This document shows positions 17,303 to 26,575 of a DNA stretch of 64,000 nucleotides, piece after piece; position 1 is the first letter of the stretch; every line of letters starts with the position of its first letter. The translations under genes and the position numbers were made by a program. This DNA comes from Alphaproteobacteria bacterium (GTDB taxonomy: Bacteria; Pseudomonadota; Alphaproteobacteria; SMXQ01): the NCBI GenBank assembly GCA_035493495.1, contig DATJIG010000074.1:8600-72599 (forward strand). The letters are read 5' to 3'. A model generated the notes under the pieces. The model was given only the letters and a program-made list of their open reading frames with translations, had not been told where the DNA came from and made no database searches.

Positions 17303-18373
17303 ATGGATTACCGCAAGTACCGGCCAGTCGATTGCGATGGCCACGTCATCGAGTCGATCGACGACATGAAGCCCTATATGGACGATGTGGTCCGGTATCA
17401 GGCCAATCGCCCCGCGCTCCACCACCACAATGTGTTTCCCAATCTCGATGGCGCGCATTTCGCGATCCGGCGCGATCCTCAGTTCCGCGCCAATCGGGTG
17501 AATGCGTCGAATGCCCGCGCCGGCTCGCCGGAGGACTGGACGGCCTTCCTCGACAAAACCGGGGTCGAGAGCTCGGTCCTGTTCCCGTCGGAAGGCCTCG
17601 CCATCGGCATGTTGACGGGGCCCGACTACGCCACGCGCCTGAGCCGGGCCTACAACGATTACGTGCACGACAAGTTCGCGCGCCCGAACCCGGCCCTCAA
17701 GCCGATCGCGCTGATTCCGATGCAGGATCCCGACAGCGCCGTCTGCGAGCTCACCCATGCGGTGAAGGACCTCGGCATGGTCGGCGCGATGCTGCCGTCG
17801 GTCGGGCTGCCGCTTCACCTCGGGCACGCCTTCTACGATCCGGTCTATCGCACCGCGGCCGACCTCGGCTGCGTGCTGTGCATTCACGGAGGCTCGTCGC
17901 GCGGGATCGGCTTCGACAGCTTCACCAATTACCCGGCGCGCCACGCCCTTCATCACACGCTGCCGCTCGCGACCGCGCTCGTCGCGCTGATCTATCACGG
18001 CACGATGGATCGTTTCCCGAGCCTCAAGTTCGGGTTCATGGAGGGCGGCTGTGGCTGGCTTGCGTTCCTGCTCGACCGCATGCACCGCGACAAGAGCTAC
18101 TACGACAAGATCGATCTGCCGAAGAAGACGCCCGAGGACTATCTCGGCGACGGCCGCATTCTGGTCGGATGCGAGGGATCCGAGGAGACGCTGGCGCACG
18201 TCGCAGGGCGCATCGGCGCCGAGGCGTTCGCCTATGCCTCCGACTACCCCCACGAAGTCGATCTGCCGCACGCCATCCATGAGATCGAGGAGGTCGCCGA
18301 GCGCAACGATCTCTCCGAGGCCGACAAGTCGAAGGTGCTGCGCGAGAACGCCCGCGCCTTCTTCGGCATCTAG
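17303..18373 (+). CDS. Amidohydrolase-2 family metal-dependent hydrolase/decarboxylase (ACMSD/LigI-like fold)
   Basis: ATG at 17303. N-terminal VDCDGHV metal motif and C-terminal YASDYPHEVD motif, typical of PF04909-type enzymes as I recall them. Confidence 0.75.
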   Translation: MDYRKYRPVDCDGHVIESIDDMKPYMDDVVRYQANRPALHHHNVFPNLDGAHFAIRRDPQFRANRVNASNARAGSPEDWTAFLDKTGVESSVLFPSEGLAIGMLTGPDYATRLSRAYNDYVHDKFARPNPALKPIALIPMQDPDSAVCELTHAVKDLGMVGAMLPSVGLPLHLGHAFYDPVYRTAADLGCVLCIHGGSSRGIGFDSFTNYPARHALHHTLPLATALVALIYHGTMDRFPSLKFGFMEGGCGWLAFLLDRMHRDKSYYDKIDLPKKTPEDYLGDGRILVGCEGSEETLAHVAGRIGAEAFAYASDYPHEVDLPHAIHEIEEVAERNDLSEADKSKVLRENARAFFGI

Positions 18374-18380
18374 CGGAGAA

Positions 18381-19400
18381 TCAGCCCTTCGTCATCGCGC
18401 TGACCTTGGCGATCGCCTCGGGCGACGCCGAGTAGAAGCGCTTGAGCAGCGCGAGCGCGTCCTCGCCGGACATCACGTTGCTGACCTCGAGGCCGGCCTT
18501 TTGGATTTCCCCCAGGAAATCGGGGTCCTTGGCGCTGGACACAAAGGCGTCGCGCAGTGCCTTGGCGCGATCGGCCGGAATATCCGGCGGCGCGATGTAG
18601 GGGCGCCCGAGCGCGCCCGGGGCGACCGCGAGATCGAGCGCTTCGCGATCGATCTTGTCTTTGACGAACTCAGAGGCGAGCGGGACGTCGGGCAGGTCGG
18701 ACGCCTTGTCCAGCGCGATCTGCACGATGACTCGCACCTGCTTGTCCTTGATCAGGTTGCCGCGCGCGCGAACCGTCGACCACACCGAGAAGAACCCTTC
18801 GACCTCGCCACGCTCGAGCGCAAGGAAGGATTCGTTCGAGCCGGGATATCCGGTGACGATCTTGATTTTGGTCCCGAGAAGGTTGTTCAGAACGCGATAG
18901 TTGAATGCCGTCGCAGAACCGCCGTCGGTCGCCGCCGCGGGAATGTCGCGCGCTTTGAGATCGGCGACGGTCTTCACCGGCGACGTGTGCCAGACGAAGA
19001 ATGTCCCGATCTCGCTGTTCGCGTTGCCGATCCAGGTGAACTTCGTGGCGTCGTAGCGGGCGGCCTTTTCACCGAACAGCGGCTGAAAGGCGACGCCCTG
19101 GAGCTCGGCGGCGAACACGCTGCCGTCCTTGGGGGCGACGCTGTAGAGATTGTTGGCGGCGGAAATTCCGCCTGCGCCTGGGACGTTCTTGACCACGATC
19201 GAGGGGTTACCCGGCAGGAAGCGGGGCATGTGGCGCGCGAAGATCCGGGCCATGACGTCGTAGCCGCCGCCCGGTGTGGTCGCGACCACGAGATCGATGT
19301 GGCGGTTCTTGTAGAACTCGGCCGCAGGCTGCGCCGATGCGGCCTGCGACAGAACGATCGCCGATAACGCCGTCAACCCAATGAAGAAGGAACGCGCCAT
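18381..19400 (-). CDS. Bug/TctC-family substrate-binding protein
   Basis: Signal peptide MARSFFIGLTALSAIVLSQAASA, then FYKNRHIDLVVATTPGGGYDVMARIFARHM...VVKNVPGAGG. Confidence 0.85.
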   Translation of the reverse strand: MARSFFIGLTALSAIVLSQAASAQPAAEFYKNRHIDLVVATTPGGGYDVMARIFARHMPRFLPGNPSIVVKNVPGAGGISAANNLYSVAPKDGSVFAAELQGVAFQPLFGEKAARYDATKFTWIGNANSEIGTFFVWHTSPVKTVADLKARDIPAAATDGGSATAFNYRVLNNLLGTKIKIVTGYPGSNESFLALERGEVEGFFSVWSTVRARGNLIKDKQVRVIVQIALDKASDLPDVPLASEFVKDKIDREALDLAVAPGALGRPYIAPPDIPADRAKALRDAFVSSAKDPDFLGEIQKAGLEVSNVMSGEDALALLKRFYSASPEAIAKVSAMTKG

Positions 19401-19489
19401 GGTGCAGCCCCCGCAGTTTTGTTTTGCGGAATACTAGCACGGGCGTCCGGGGGCACGAGTGTGAACCGCGGCTGGCGCGACGTGAGTAG

Positions 19490-20404
19490 TTATTCGCGTG
19501 CGGCGAGCGCTCCGCGCCCCTTCAGAGAGCGCGAGAGGAAATCGATGAAAAGCCGCACGCGGCGCGGTTGATAACGGTCCTTCTGATAGAGCGCATACAG
19601 GGTGCGTTCGCTGAGGCGGTAGCCTTCGAGCAACCGCACCATCCGCCCGGAGGCGAGGTCGTCGTCGACGATGTACGCGCCGACCAGACCGATCCCCAGG
19701 CCGGCGAGCACGGCATGGCGGATCACGGCATTGCTGCTGGACCGGAAGGACCCCGACACGTCGATCGTCTCGCGCCCGCGCGGACCGGTGAACTCCCAGC
19801 GGTTACTGGCTTCGCCGTTCGGCATCAGACAATTGTGCGCGCTGAGATCGGTGGGGACCTTCGGCATCCCGTGGCTGTCGACGTACGCCGGGGTGGCGAC
19901 GATGATCCGCGGCAGAGCGGCGAGAGGCCTGGCCACCAGTGAGGCGATGTTCACCTGCTGCGGCCGGATCGCCACGTCGAAGCCGCGCGAGATCAGATCG
20001 TGCTCGTCGCTCCCAAGCTCGCGCAGCGCGAGGTAGGGGCGAATGCCCGGATAGTCGGTGCAGAAACGCGCGAGCAGGGGAGCCAGCACCGTCTCTCCGA
20101 AGGTGCGCGACGAGAGCACGCGGAGTTCGCCCTTGACGTCGCGCCGACGGGACATCAGGCGCTCTTCGATCACGCGCACGTCGGCGAGCACGGCGGCGCA
20201 GCTCCGGTAGTACTCGACTCCCGCCGCGGTGGTTCCGATGCGCTGAGTGGTCCGGGTCAACAGCTTCACGTTCAGCAGGCCCTCGAGCTCGAGGATGCGC
20301 TTGCTGACCATCGCCCGGGTGACGCCGAGCTCCTTCGCTGCCGGCGTGTAGCCGTTCAGGCGAACGACCGACTCGAAGGTTTCCATCAGCTTGTAGCGAT
20401 CCAT
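19490..20404 (-). CDS. LysR-family transcriptional regulator
   Basis: 304 aa. HTH: MDRYKLMETFESVVRLNGYTPAAKELGVTRAMVSKRILELEGLLNVKLLTRTTQRIGTT. Divergent from the hydantoinase-type operon. Confidence 0.9.
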   Translation of the reverse strand: MDRYKLMETFESVVRLNGYTPAAKELGVTRAMVSKRILELEGLLNVKLLTRTTQRIGTTAAGVEYYRSCAAVLADVRVIEERLMSRRRDVKGELRVLSSRTFGETVLAPLLARFCTDYPGIRPYLALRELGSDEHDLISRGFDVAIRPQQVNIASLVARPLAALPRIIVATPAYVDSHGMPKVPTDLSAHNCLMPNGEASNRWEFTGPRGRETIDVSGSFRSSSNAVIRHAVLAGLGIGLVGAYIVDDDLASGRMVRLLEGYRLSERTLYALYQKDRYQPRRVRLFIDFLSRSLKGRGALAARE

Positions 20405-20418
20405 GGCATGTCCCGGCG

Positions 20419-20441
20419 CTTGTCAACCGTGGGTTGACAAG
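20419..20441. promoter_or_regulatory. Perfect palindrome CTTGTCAAC-CGTGG-GTTGACAAG; candidate LysR operator carrying a TTGACA hexamer on each strand
   Basis: 9-bp perfect inverted arms, 15 nt upstream of the LysR start and about 105 nt upstream of the hyuA-like start. TTGACA reads outward on both strands. Confidence 0.5.
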
Positions 20442-20545
20442 ATTAATCGCTCTTAAGCCTTGCGGGAAGCGCCATTGAGCCAAGAATGCGAGGAAAGCGA
20501 GCCGTCGCACCGACGTTCAGGCGAAGCGGCAGGATGGGAGTCCGC

Positions 20546-22693
20546 ATGTCAGGCAGTTACGTCGTTGGAGTCGACATCGGCGGCACCTTCACCGACTGCG
20601 TTGTCGCCGATGATCAGGGCCGCATGACATTCGGCAAGGCGTCGTCCACGCCGCCCGAGTTCGCGGTGGGGGTCGTGGACGCGGTGAAGGACGCGGCGCG
20701 TAACGTCGGCGTCGGGCTGGACGCGCTCCTCGGTGCGACCCGGCTGTTCTATCACGCGTGCACCATCGGCGATAACACGCTCATCACCCGCTCCGGAGCG
20801 GCCACCGGTTTGATCGCCACCAAGGGCTTCGGCGACGCCATGCTGATGATGCGTGGCGGCATCACCGCGGGCCTGCCGGACGCCGAGGCGAATCACTCCT
20901 CCGCCCTGACGAAACCCGAACCGTTCGTGCCGAAGCGCCTGATCGCCGAGGTTGACGAGCGTATCGATTTCGAGGGCGAGGTTCTCGTCTCTCTCAAGCC
21001 CGAGGATGTCTCGGCCGCGGTTCGGAAGGTCGTCGACCGTGGCGCCGAATCCGTCGCCGTCGCCCTGCTGTGGTCGATCTCGAACAATGCCCACGAACGC
21101 TTCATCGGCGATCACATCCGGGCCGAGTTCCCGAATCTGTTCGTCAGCCTGTCGAGCGATGCTGCGTCGTTCCAGGGGGAATACGAACGCACCGCGACGA
21201 CCGTCTTCAACGCCTACATCGGCCCCAAGATCGGGACTTACCTGCATAACCTTCGCGATCTCCTCCGCCAGAACGGACTGACTCGCGAGCCGCTGATCAT
21301 GCAGGCCTACGGCGGGGTTCTGGACATCGATTCCACGGTACGCACGGCGGTCGGCACGATCGAGTCGGGCCCGGCCTCGGGGGTCGTGGCCTGCCAGTTC
21401 ACCGGCAAGCTCGCGGGCATTCCCGACATCGTCGCCGCCGATATGGGTGGGACCACCTTCAAGGTCGGCGTGATCCGCGGCGGCGCGATCGAGCGCGACT
21501 ATCATCCGACGTTCCTGCGCCATCGCCTGCTGTCGCCCAAGATCTGGGTCGAATCGATCGGCGCCGGCGGCGGTTCGATCGCTTGGATCGAGCCGGACAC
21601 CGGGCTCCTCAAAGTCGGTCCGCGCGGTGCCGGGGCTCGTCCGGGGCCGGTCTGCTACCGCCGTGGCGGGACCGAACCGACGGTGACCGACGCCAGCCTG
21701 ATCCTCGGCTTCCTTAATCCCGAGTATTTCCTCGGCGGTCAGATCGACCTCGACATCGAGGGCGCCAGGAACGCGATTCAGGAAAAGATTGCCGGGCCGC
21801 TCGGCATGACGGTGACCGAGGCGGCGAATGCGATCCACCGCATCGTCAACGCCCAGATGGCCGATCTCATCCGCAACGCCACCATCCAGCGCGGCCACGA
21901 TCCGCGCGGCGACACGCTGTTTGCGTTCGGCGGCGCGTGCCCGGCCCATGCCAGTCGCTTCGCCGCGGAACTCGGGATGAAGCATGTCGTGGTTCCGGCG
22001 ACGGCATCGGTGCACAGTGCCGTCGGCCTGGTCGCCTCCGACGTCGTCTACGAGGACGGCCTGTCGGAGCGGGTGCAGGTGCCGGCGGAGCCGTCGCGCA
22101 TCAACGCAGTCTTCGCGCCTTTGGTGGCGAAGATCCGCGCCAACCTGCACAAGGCCGGCTTCAGCGAGCGCGACATCACGCTCAGGCGCAGTGTCGACAT
22201 GCGCTACCGCTACCAGGTCCACGAGCTCAACGTCCCGCTCGATCCGGGCTTCCACAATCTCACCGATCAGGATCTCGAGAAGCTCTACGCCCGCTTCGAT
22301 GCGCTTTATGAGGAGGCGTACGGCAAGGGTGCCGCGTACCGTGCGGCGGGCAAGGAGATCGTCAGCTTCCGCGTCACCGGGGCGGGGCTCCTGCCGAAGC
22401 CGGCGATGCTTCCGGAGGCGCTCGGTGGCAAGGACGCCGCGCCCGCGCGCAAGGGCGAGCGACCGGTTTACTTTCAGGAGTTCGGGCGCTTCGTCCCCAC
22501 GGCACTCTACGACGTCGGCGCGATGCGGCCCGGGATGGAAATCAATGAGCCGGCGATCATCGAAACGCCCATCACCACCATCGTCGTCAATCCGGGCGAC
22601 CGCGCCACACTCGACGAGTTCGGCAATGTCCGGATCGCTGTCGCCGGCGCCGCGGTCGTTCGCAGGGAGGTGATCGATGCCGCCACGGTCTGA
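20546..22693 (+). CDS. Hydantoinase/oxoprolinase family protein, A-type (HyuA / acetone-carboxylase beta-like)
   Basis: ATG at 20546. N-terminus YVVGVDIGGTFTDCVV (ASKHA-fold ATPase) and a second phosphate motif AADMGGTTFKV. About 715 aa. Confidence 0.9.
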   Translation: MSGSYVVGVDIGGTFTDCVVADDQGRMTFGKASSTPPEFAVGVVDAVKDAARNVGVGLDALLGATRLFYHACTIGDNTLITRSGAATGLIATKGFGDAMLMMRGGITAGLPDAEANHSSALTKPEPFVPKRLIAEVDERIDFEGEVLVSLKPEDVSAAVRKVVDRGAESVAVALLWSISNNAHERFIGDHIRAEFPNLFVSLSSDAASFQGEYERTATTVFNAYIGPKIGTYLHNLRDLLRQNGLTREPLIMQAYGGVLDIDSTVRTAVGTIESGPASGVVACQFTGKLAGIPDIVAADMGGTTFKVGVIRGGAIERDYHPTFLRHRLLSPKIWVESIGAGGGSIAWIEPDTGLLKVGPRGAGARPGPVCYRRGGTEPTVTDASLILGFLNPEYFLGGQIDLDIEGARNAIQEKIAGPLGMTVTEAANAIHRIVNAQMADLIRNATIQRGHDPRGDTLFAFGGACPAHASRFAAELGMKHVVVPATASVHSAVGLVASDVVYEDGLSERVQVPAEPSRINAVFAPLVAKIRANLHKAGFSERDITLRRSVDMRYRYQVHELNVPLDPGFHNLTDQDLEKLYARFDALYEEAYGKGAAYRAAGKEIVSFRVTGAGLLPKPAMLPEALGGKDAAPARKGERPVYFQEFGRFVPTALYDVGAMRPGMEINEPAIIETPITTIVVNPGDRATLDEFGNVRIAVAGAAVVRREVIDAATV

Positions 22694-24545
22694 CGTATCC
22701 AACCTTCCCGGCGCTCCGGTCGGCACGGTCGATCCCGTCACCTTCGAGATCCTGTCGCACCGCCTGCAGCGCATCGCCAAGGAGATGGGCTCGACCATCG
22801 AGCGCGTCGGCGGCACGGTGAACACCACGCAGCTCCATGACTACATGGCGTCGCTGTACCGCGCGAACGGCGAAATCCTAGCTACCGGCGAATCGGCGCC
22901 GTGGCACGTCGCCTGCGGCGGCTTCACCGTCAAATGCATCATGGAGCGCTTCGCCAAGTACGACGGCGTCAACGAGAGCGACGCGTTCTTCCTCAACGAT
23001 CCGTATGTCTCGGCGATCCATCAGTCGGACGTCTACATCGTCTCGCCGATCCACTTCGAAGGCCGTCTCGTCGGCTGGAGTGCGTCGTTCGTCCACGTGA
23101 TGGACATCGGTGCGCTGTCGCCGGGCGGGAACTCGCCGGACGCGAAGGAGATCTGCCAGGAAGGACTTCGCGTTCCCGGAATCAAGCTGGTCGACCGCGG
23201 CGTGCTGCGCAAGGACGTGTTCGACACCCTGATCAACATGACGCGGCGCCCCGACATGGTGGCGCTCGACATCAACTGCCAGCTCGCGGGGCATACGGTC
23301 GCCCGCAGCCGGATGCAGGAGCTGTATGCCGCCTATGGCGCCGAGCTGATCGACGCGGTCACCCAGCAGATGATCGATTACTCCGAGGCCGCGCTGCGCA
23401 AGCGGCTCGAGCAGATTCCCGACGGCGAGTGGAGCGACAGCGCGACCATCGAATCGCGGCGGCAGACCTGGACGGTCCGGCTCAAACTCAAGAAGACCGG
23501 CAGCAATCTCGAGTTTGACTTCGCCGGCACCGATCCGCAGGCGAGCACCGGCGTCAACCTGCCGTATCACGCGACGTTCGGTGCCTGCTTCGAGGGGATC
23601 GCCGAGACCCTGGCCTTCGATCTGCCGCGCAACCACGGCCTGTTCCGGCCGATAACGGCCGTCGCTCCCGAGGGTAGCTTGATGAATCCGCGCTACCCGG
23701 CACCAGTCTCGATGAGCACGACGTCGGGGGGCGCCACCGCGAAGTTCCTCGTCGTCTCGGTGCTCAACGGGCTCCTGTCCGGCAGCGACGAGTGGCGAAA
23801 GGAAGTGATGGTGCGCATCTGGGGTGGGCGGCGGCTGCGCACGTCGGGAATCAACCAGCAGGGTGCGTTCTATTCGACCAGCCTCGCGATGTCGCCGCTC
23901 AGCGGCAGCGGCGCGCGGGCGACCATGGACGGTGTCGAGACCTCGAAGCTCGACTTCATGACGTGCGCGAACGTCGAGTGGCTCGAGATGAACTGCCCGA
24001 TGCTCTTCCTGTTCCGCCGCCACGCAACGGACCGGCAGGGCGCCGGCCGGTTTCGCGGCGGCACCGGCGCGGAGATGGCGTTCACCGTGCACAAGGCGCC
24101 GGAAGGCAAGATCAATGGCGTCGCCTATGGCGTCGCTGGTCTCACCAACGGCGGCAAGGGGATTTTCGGCGGTTACCCCGGCGCGCCGAGCGTGGTCGAG
24201 CTCCACCAGGGAACGAGCTTGAGCGAGTCGCTCGAGGCCAACACGATGCCGGGAACGATGGACGAGCTCGGGGGGACGCGCAGCGTGCTTCCCTACACCG
24301 ACTTCGAGATCAAAGCCGACGACGTGCTCTACTACACGCTCGGGATGGGTGGCGGCTACGGTTCGCCGCTCGACCGCGATCCGGAGATGGTGCGCCGCGA
24401 CGTCGAGGACGAACTGGTGTCGGCCGAGGCGGCCTTCGATGTGTACGGCGTCGTGATCGACGCCGCGACCCTGCGCATGAACGTGGAGGGGACCGAGCGC
24501 GAGCGCGCCCGACGTCGGCTCGAAAATCTCAAGGAGGCGTCGTGA
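22677..24545 (+). CDS. Hydantoinase B/oxoprolinase family protein (HyuB / acetone-carboxylase alpha-like)
   Basis: 622 aa. N-terminus VDPVTFEILSHRLQRIAKEMGSTIERV is typical of the B family. Overlaps the A gene by 17 nt. Confidence 0.9.
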   Translation: MPPRSDVSNLPGAPVGTVDPVTFEILSHRLQRIAKEMGSTIERVGGTVNTTQLHDYMASLYRANGEILATGESAPWHVACGGFTVKCIMERFAKYDGVNESDAFFLNDPYVSAIHQSDVYIVSPIHFEGRLVGWSASFVHVMDIGALSPGGNSPDAKEICQEGLRVPGIKLVDRGVLRKDVFDTLINMTRRPDMVALDINCQLAGHTVARSRMQELYAAYGAELIDAVTQQMIDYSEAALRKRLEQIPDGEWSDSATIESRRQTWTVRLKLKKTGSNLEFDFAGTDPQASTGVNLPYHATFGACFEGIAETLAFDLPRNHGLFRPITAVAPEGSLMNPRYPAPVSMSTTSGGATAKFLVVSVLNGLLSGSDEWRKEVMVRIWGGRRLRTSGINQQGAFYSTSLAMSPLSGSGARATMDGVETSKLDFMTCANVEWLEMNCPMLFLFRRHATDRQGAGRFRGGTGAEMAFTVHKAPEGKINGVAYGVAGLTNGGKGIFGGYPGAPSVVELHQGTSLSESLEANTMPGTMDELGGTRSVLPYTDFEIKADDVLYYTLGMGGGYGSPLDRDPEMVRRDVEDELVSAEAAFDVYGVVIDAATLRMNVEGTERERARRRLENLKEAS

Positions 24546-25375
24546 ACAGGCCCTTCCGCGAAAACCTCGAGCTTGCCGATCATCGCGGCGCGACATGGGT
24601 CCGGTGCAGCCGCTGCGGCTATGCGATCGCGCCCTCCGACGAGGACTGGCGCGAGCATTGCACGGTGAAGCGCCTGCCGCCGAGCAACATGGGCCCGCAT
24701 CGAGAGCTGCTCGAGGGGCGCCTCGTGCTCGAGGAGCGGTATTGCCCCGGTTGCGGCGTGACCGTCGATGCCGATGTGGTCGACGATGCGACATCGGGTA
24801 TGGCGGGCAAGAGCAGTCGACCGGCCAAACGCAAAGGCAACAAGAGTACCGCGCCGGTGCCGGTCACCCTGCGCGCCAGCGAGACCGCAGTGATCGTTCT
24901 CGACTTGCATGTCAAATGCGTCGAGCCGACCCATGCAGGCTATTCGCTCATCCAGACTGTGCCAAAATTCCTCGCGCGGGCGCGGGATGCCGGCGCACAT
25001 GTGATTTTCATCGTGCCGGCCTGGGATAAAGGGTCTCCGGAAGATCAAATCGCAGGGCAGATGGGGCGGCACGGAGATGAGCCGGTGCTCTATCCGCACG
25101 CCTACGACAAGTTCGCGAATGGCGAACTGCAGGCACTGCTGCAGAAGTGGGGGACGAAGACTCTCGTTTTTGTCGGAGGATCGGCCAACTTCTCGATGCT
25201 CCACACCGCAACGACCGCAGCGCGGTTGCACAATTATTCAGTCGTGGTGCCGGTCGACGGCATCTATGCGCATTCCGATTATGAAATGGATTACGCGCTT
25301 TATCACCTCACGGTGGTACCGCGTCTGCAGGACAAAATTCATTTCGCCAATCTTACGGGAATCGATTTTGCCTGA
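24542..25375 (+). CDS. Fusion: acetone-carboxylase-gamma-like zinc-ribbon domain + isochorismatase/cysteine-hydrolase-like domain
   Basis: GTG at 24542 overlaps the HyuB stop (GTGA), in the frame of ORF 23792..25375. Residues 1-85 carry RCSRCGY...RYCPGCGV. A basic linker GKSSRPAKRKGNKS follows. The C-terminal part reads TAVIVLDLH...DKF...LVFVGGSANFSMLHTATTAARL...VVVPVDG. Confidence 0.6.
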   Translation: MNRPFRENLELADHRGATWVRCSRCGYAIAPSDEDWREHCTVKRLPPSNMGPHRELLEGRLVLEERYCPGCGVTVDADVVDDATSGMAGKSSRPAKRKGNKSTAPVPVTLRASETAVIVLDLHVKCVEPTHAGYSLIQTVPKFLARARDAGAHVIFIVPAWDKGSPEDQIAGQMGRHGDEPVLYPHAYDKFANGELQALLQKWGTKTLVFVGGSANFSMLHTATTAARLHNYSVVVPVDGIYAHSDYEMDYALYHLTVVPRLQDKIHFANLTGIDFA

Positions 25376-25437
25376 TGCAGGTGCTTGACCGCAGGCTTGG
25401 GGAAAGCCTGCGGGATTGGGCAAAAGGGAGGAAGAAC

Positions 25438-26514
25438 ATGAGGCCGATTGGTCGCGTTATGTCCCTTCTCGTTGCTGTTGCGGCGTGTCTTGCGTTGCCA
25501 CCTTTCGATCGTATTGCGAACGCCGATGCGGCTCTTTCGTTCGCGGGGAAGACGGTCACGATCGTTATCGGAAGCGAGACCGGTGGTACGACCGATTCAT
25601 CGGCGCGCCTCATGGGAACGTTCCTCGCCAAGTATCTGCCGGGCAAGCCGACGGTCATTGTGCAAAACAGGCCGGGCTCGCACAGCATGGCGGCGATGAA
25701 CTATTTCGCGCAGCGGGTGAAACCCGATGGATTGACGGTGGCCGTCGCATCCATCAGCCAACTCGATCCGGAGAATTATCGGGTCCCGCAGTCCCAGTAC
25801 GACCCAACCCAATTCAACATGGTGGGGGGCGTGGATCTCGGCGGTGGAATCCTCATCGCCCGGACGGACGCATTGCCGCGGATTCACGACAAGACGGCGC
25901 AACCCCTTGTCATGGGCGCACCCGCCGGTCTGCCCCACAGCACGATGCTGATAACGGCCTGGGCCAAGGAATATCTCGGGTGGAATGTCCGCTGGGTCGC
26001 CGGCTATCCCAGTCCAACGCCACAGATGATTTTGGCGCTCGAGCGAGGCGAGGTCGACATGACCGGCTTCTCGATCACCGGGCTCACCGATTCGCTCTTC
26101 GATCAGAAGAAGTACACGCTGCTCTATCAGTCGGGCACCGCCCGCTGCACACGGCCATCCTCGCTCAAGGAGATTTCACATGTCCCGCTTTTCCGAGCGG
26201 CGATGGACGGAAAAATCAGCGATCCGGTGGCGCAACAGGCGTTTGCCTATTGGTGCAACGCCAGTTCGACGCTCGTTTGGATGGCGCTTCCGCCGGAGAC
26301 GCCGGCGGCTGTGACCGACGTTTACCGCTCGGCTTTCCGCGAGATCGCCTCAGATCCGGAATTCCTGGAGCAGGGCAAGAAATTTTCCGTGGAGTTCACG
26401 ACGGTCACGCATGAAAGCGTGGATGTGGCGGCCCGGGCTTACGGACAGGTGCCGCCCGAGGTCGTCAGCTACATCCCGAAGATGCTGCTGCGCCAGGGCC
26501 TGAAGGCAAACTGA
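25438..26514 (+). CDS. Divergent Bug/TctC-like periplasmic binding protein
   Basis: ATG at 25438 preceded by AAGGGAGGAAG. Signal peptide, then KTVTIVIGSETGGTTDSSARLMGTFLAKYLPGKPTVIVQNRPGSHS, which follows the Bug pattern but is more divergent than the other six. Confidence 0.65.
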   Translation: MRPIGRVMSLLVAVAACLALPPFDRIANADAALSFAGKTVTIVIGSETGGTTDSSARLMGTFLAKYLPGKPTVIVQNRPGSHSMAAMNYFAQRVKPDGLTVAVASISQLDPENYRVPQSQYDPTQFNMVGGVDLGGGILIARTDALPRIHDKTAQPLVMGAPAGLPHSTMLITAWAKEYLGWNVRWVAGYPSPTPQMILALERGEVDMTGFSITGLTDSLFDQKKYTLLYQSGTARCTRPSSLKEISHVPLFRAAMDGKISDPVAQQAFAYWCNASSTLVWMALPPETPAAVTDVYRSAFREIASDPEFLEQGKKFSVEFTTVTHESVDVAARAYGQVPPEVVSYIPKMLLRQGLKAN

Positions 26515-26575
26515 TCGTTGCCCCAACCCGCGCGAGATGCGCCTTCCACCGCGTTTCGAATTCAAGAGGACGACA

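Noticed and set aside
15851-18280. 809-aa ORF on the minus strand, the longest in the track
   Set aside because: It runs antisense across three well-supported plus-strand genes (SDR, Bug, amidohydrolase-2) and their intergenic spacers. It is low-complexity and Arg/Gly/Asp/Ala-rich, with no recognisable domain.
20549-24794. 759-aa and 638-aa minus-strand ORFs (20549..22828 and 22878..24794)
   Set aside because: They are mirror images of the HyuA-like and HyuB-like genes, which carry strong family motifs. The antisense frames have none.
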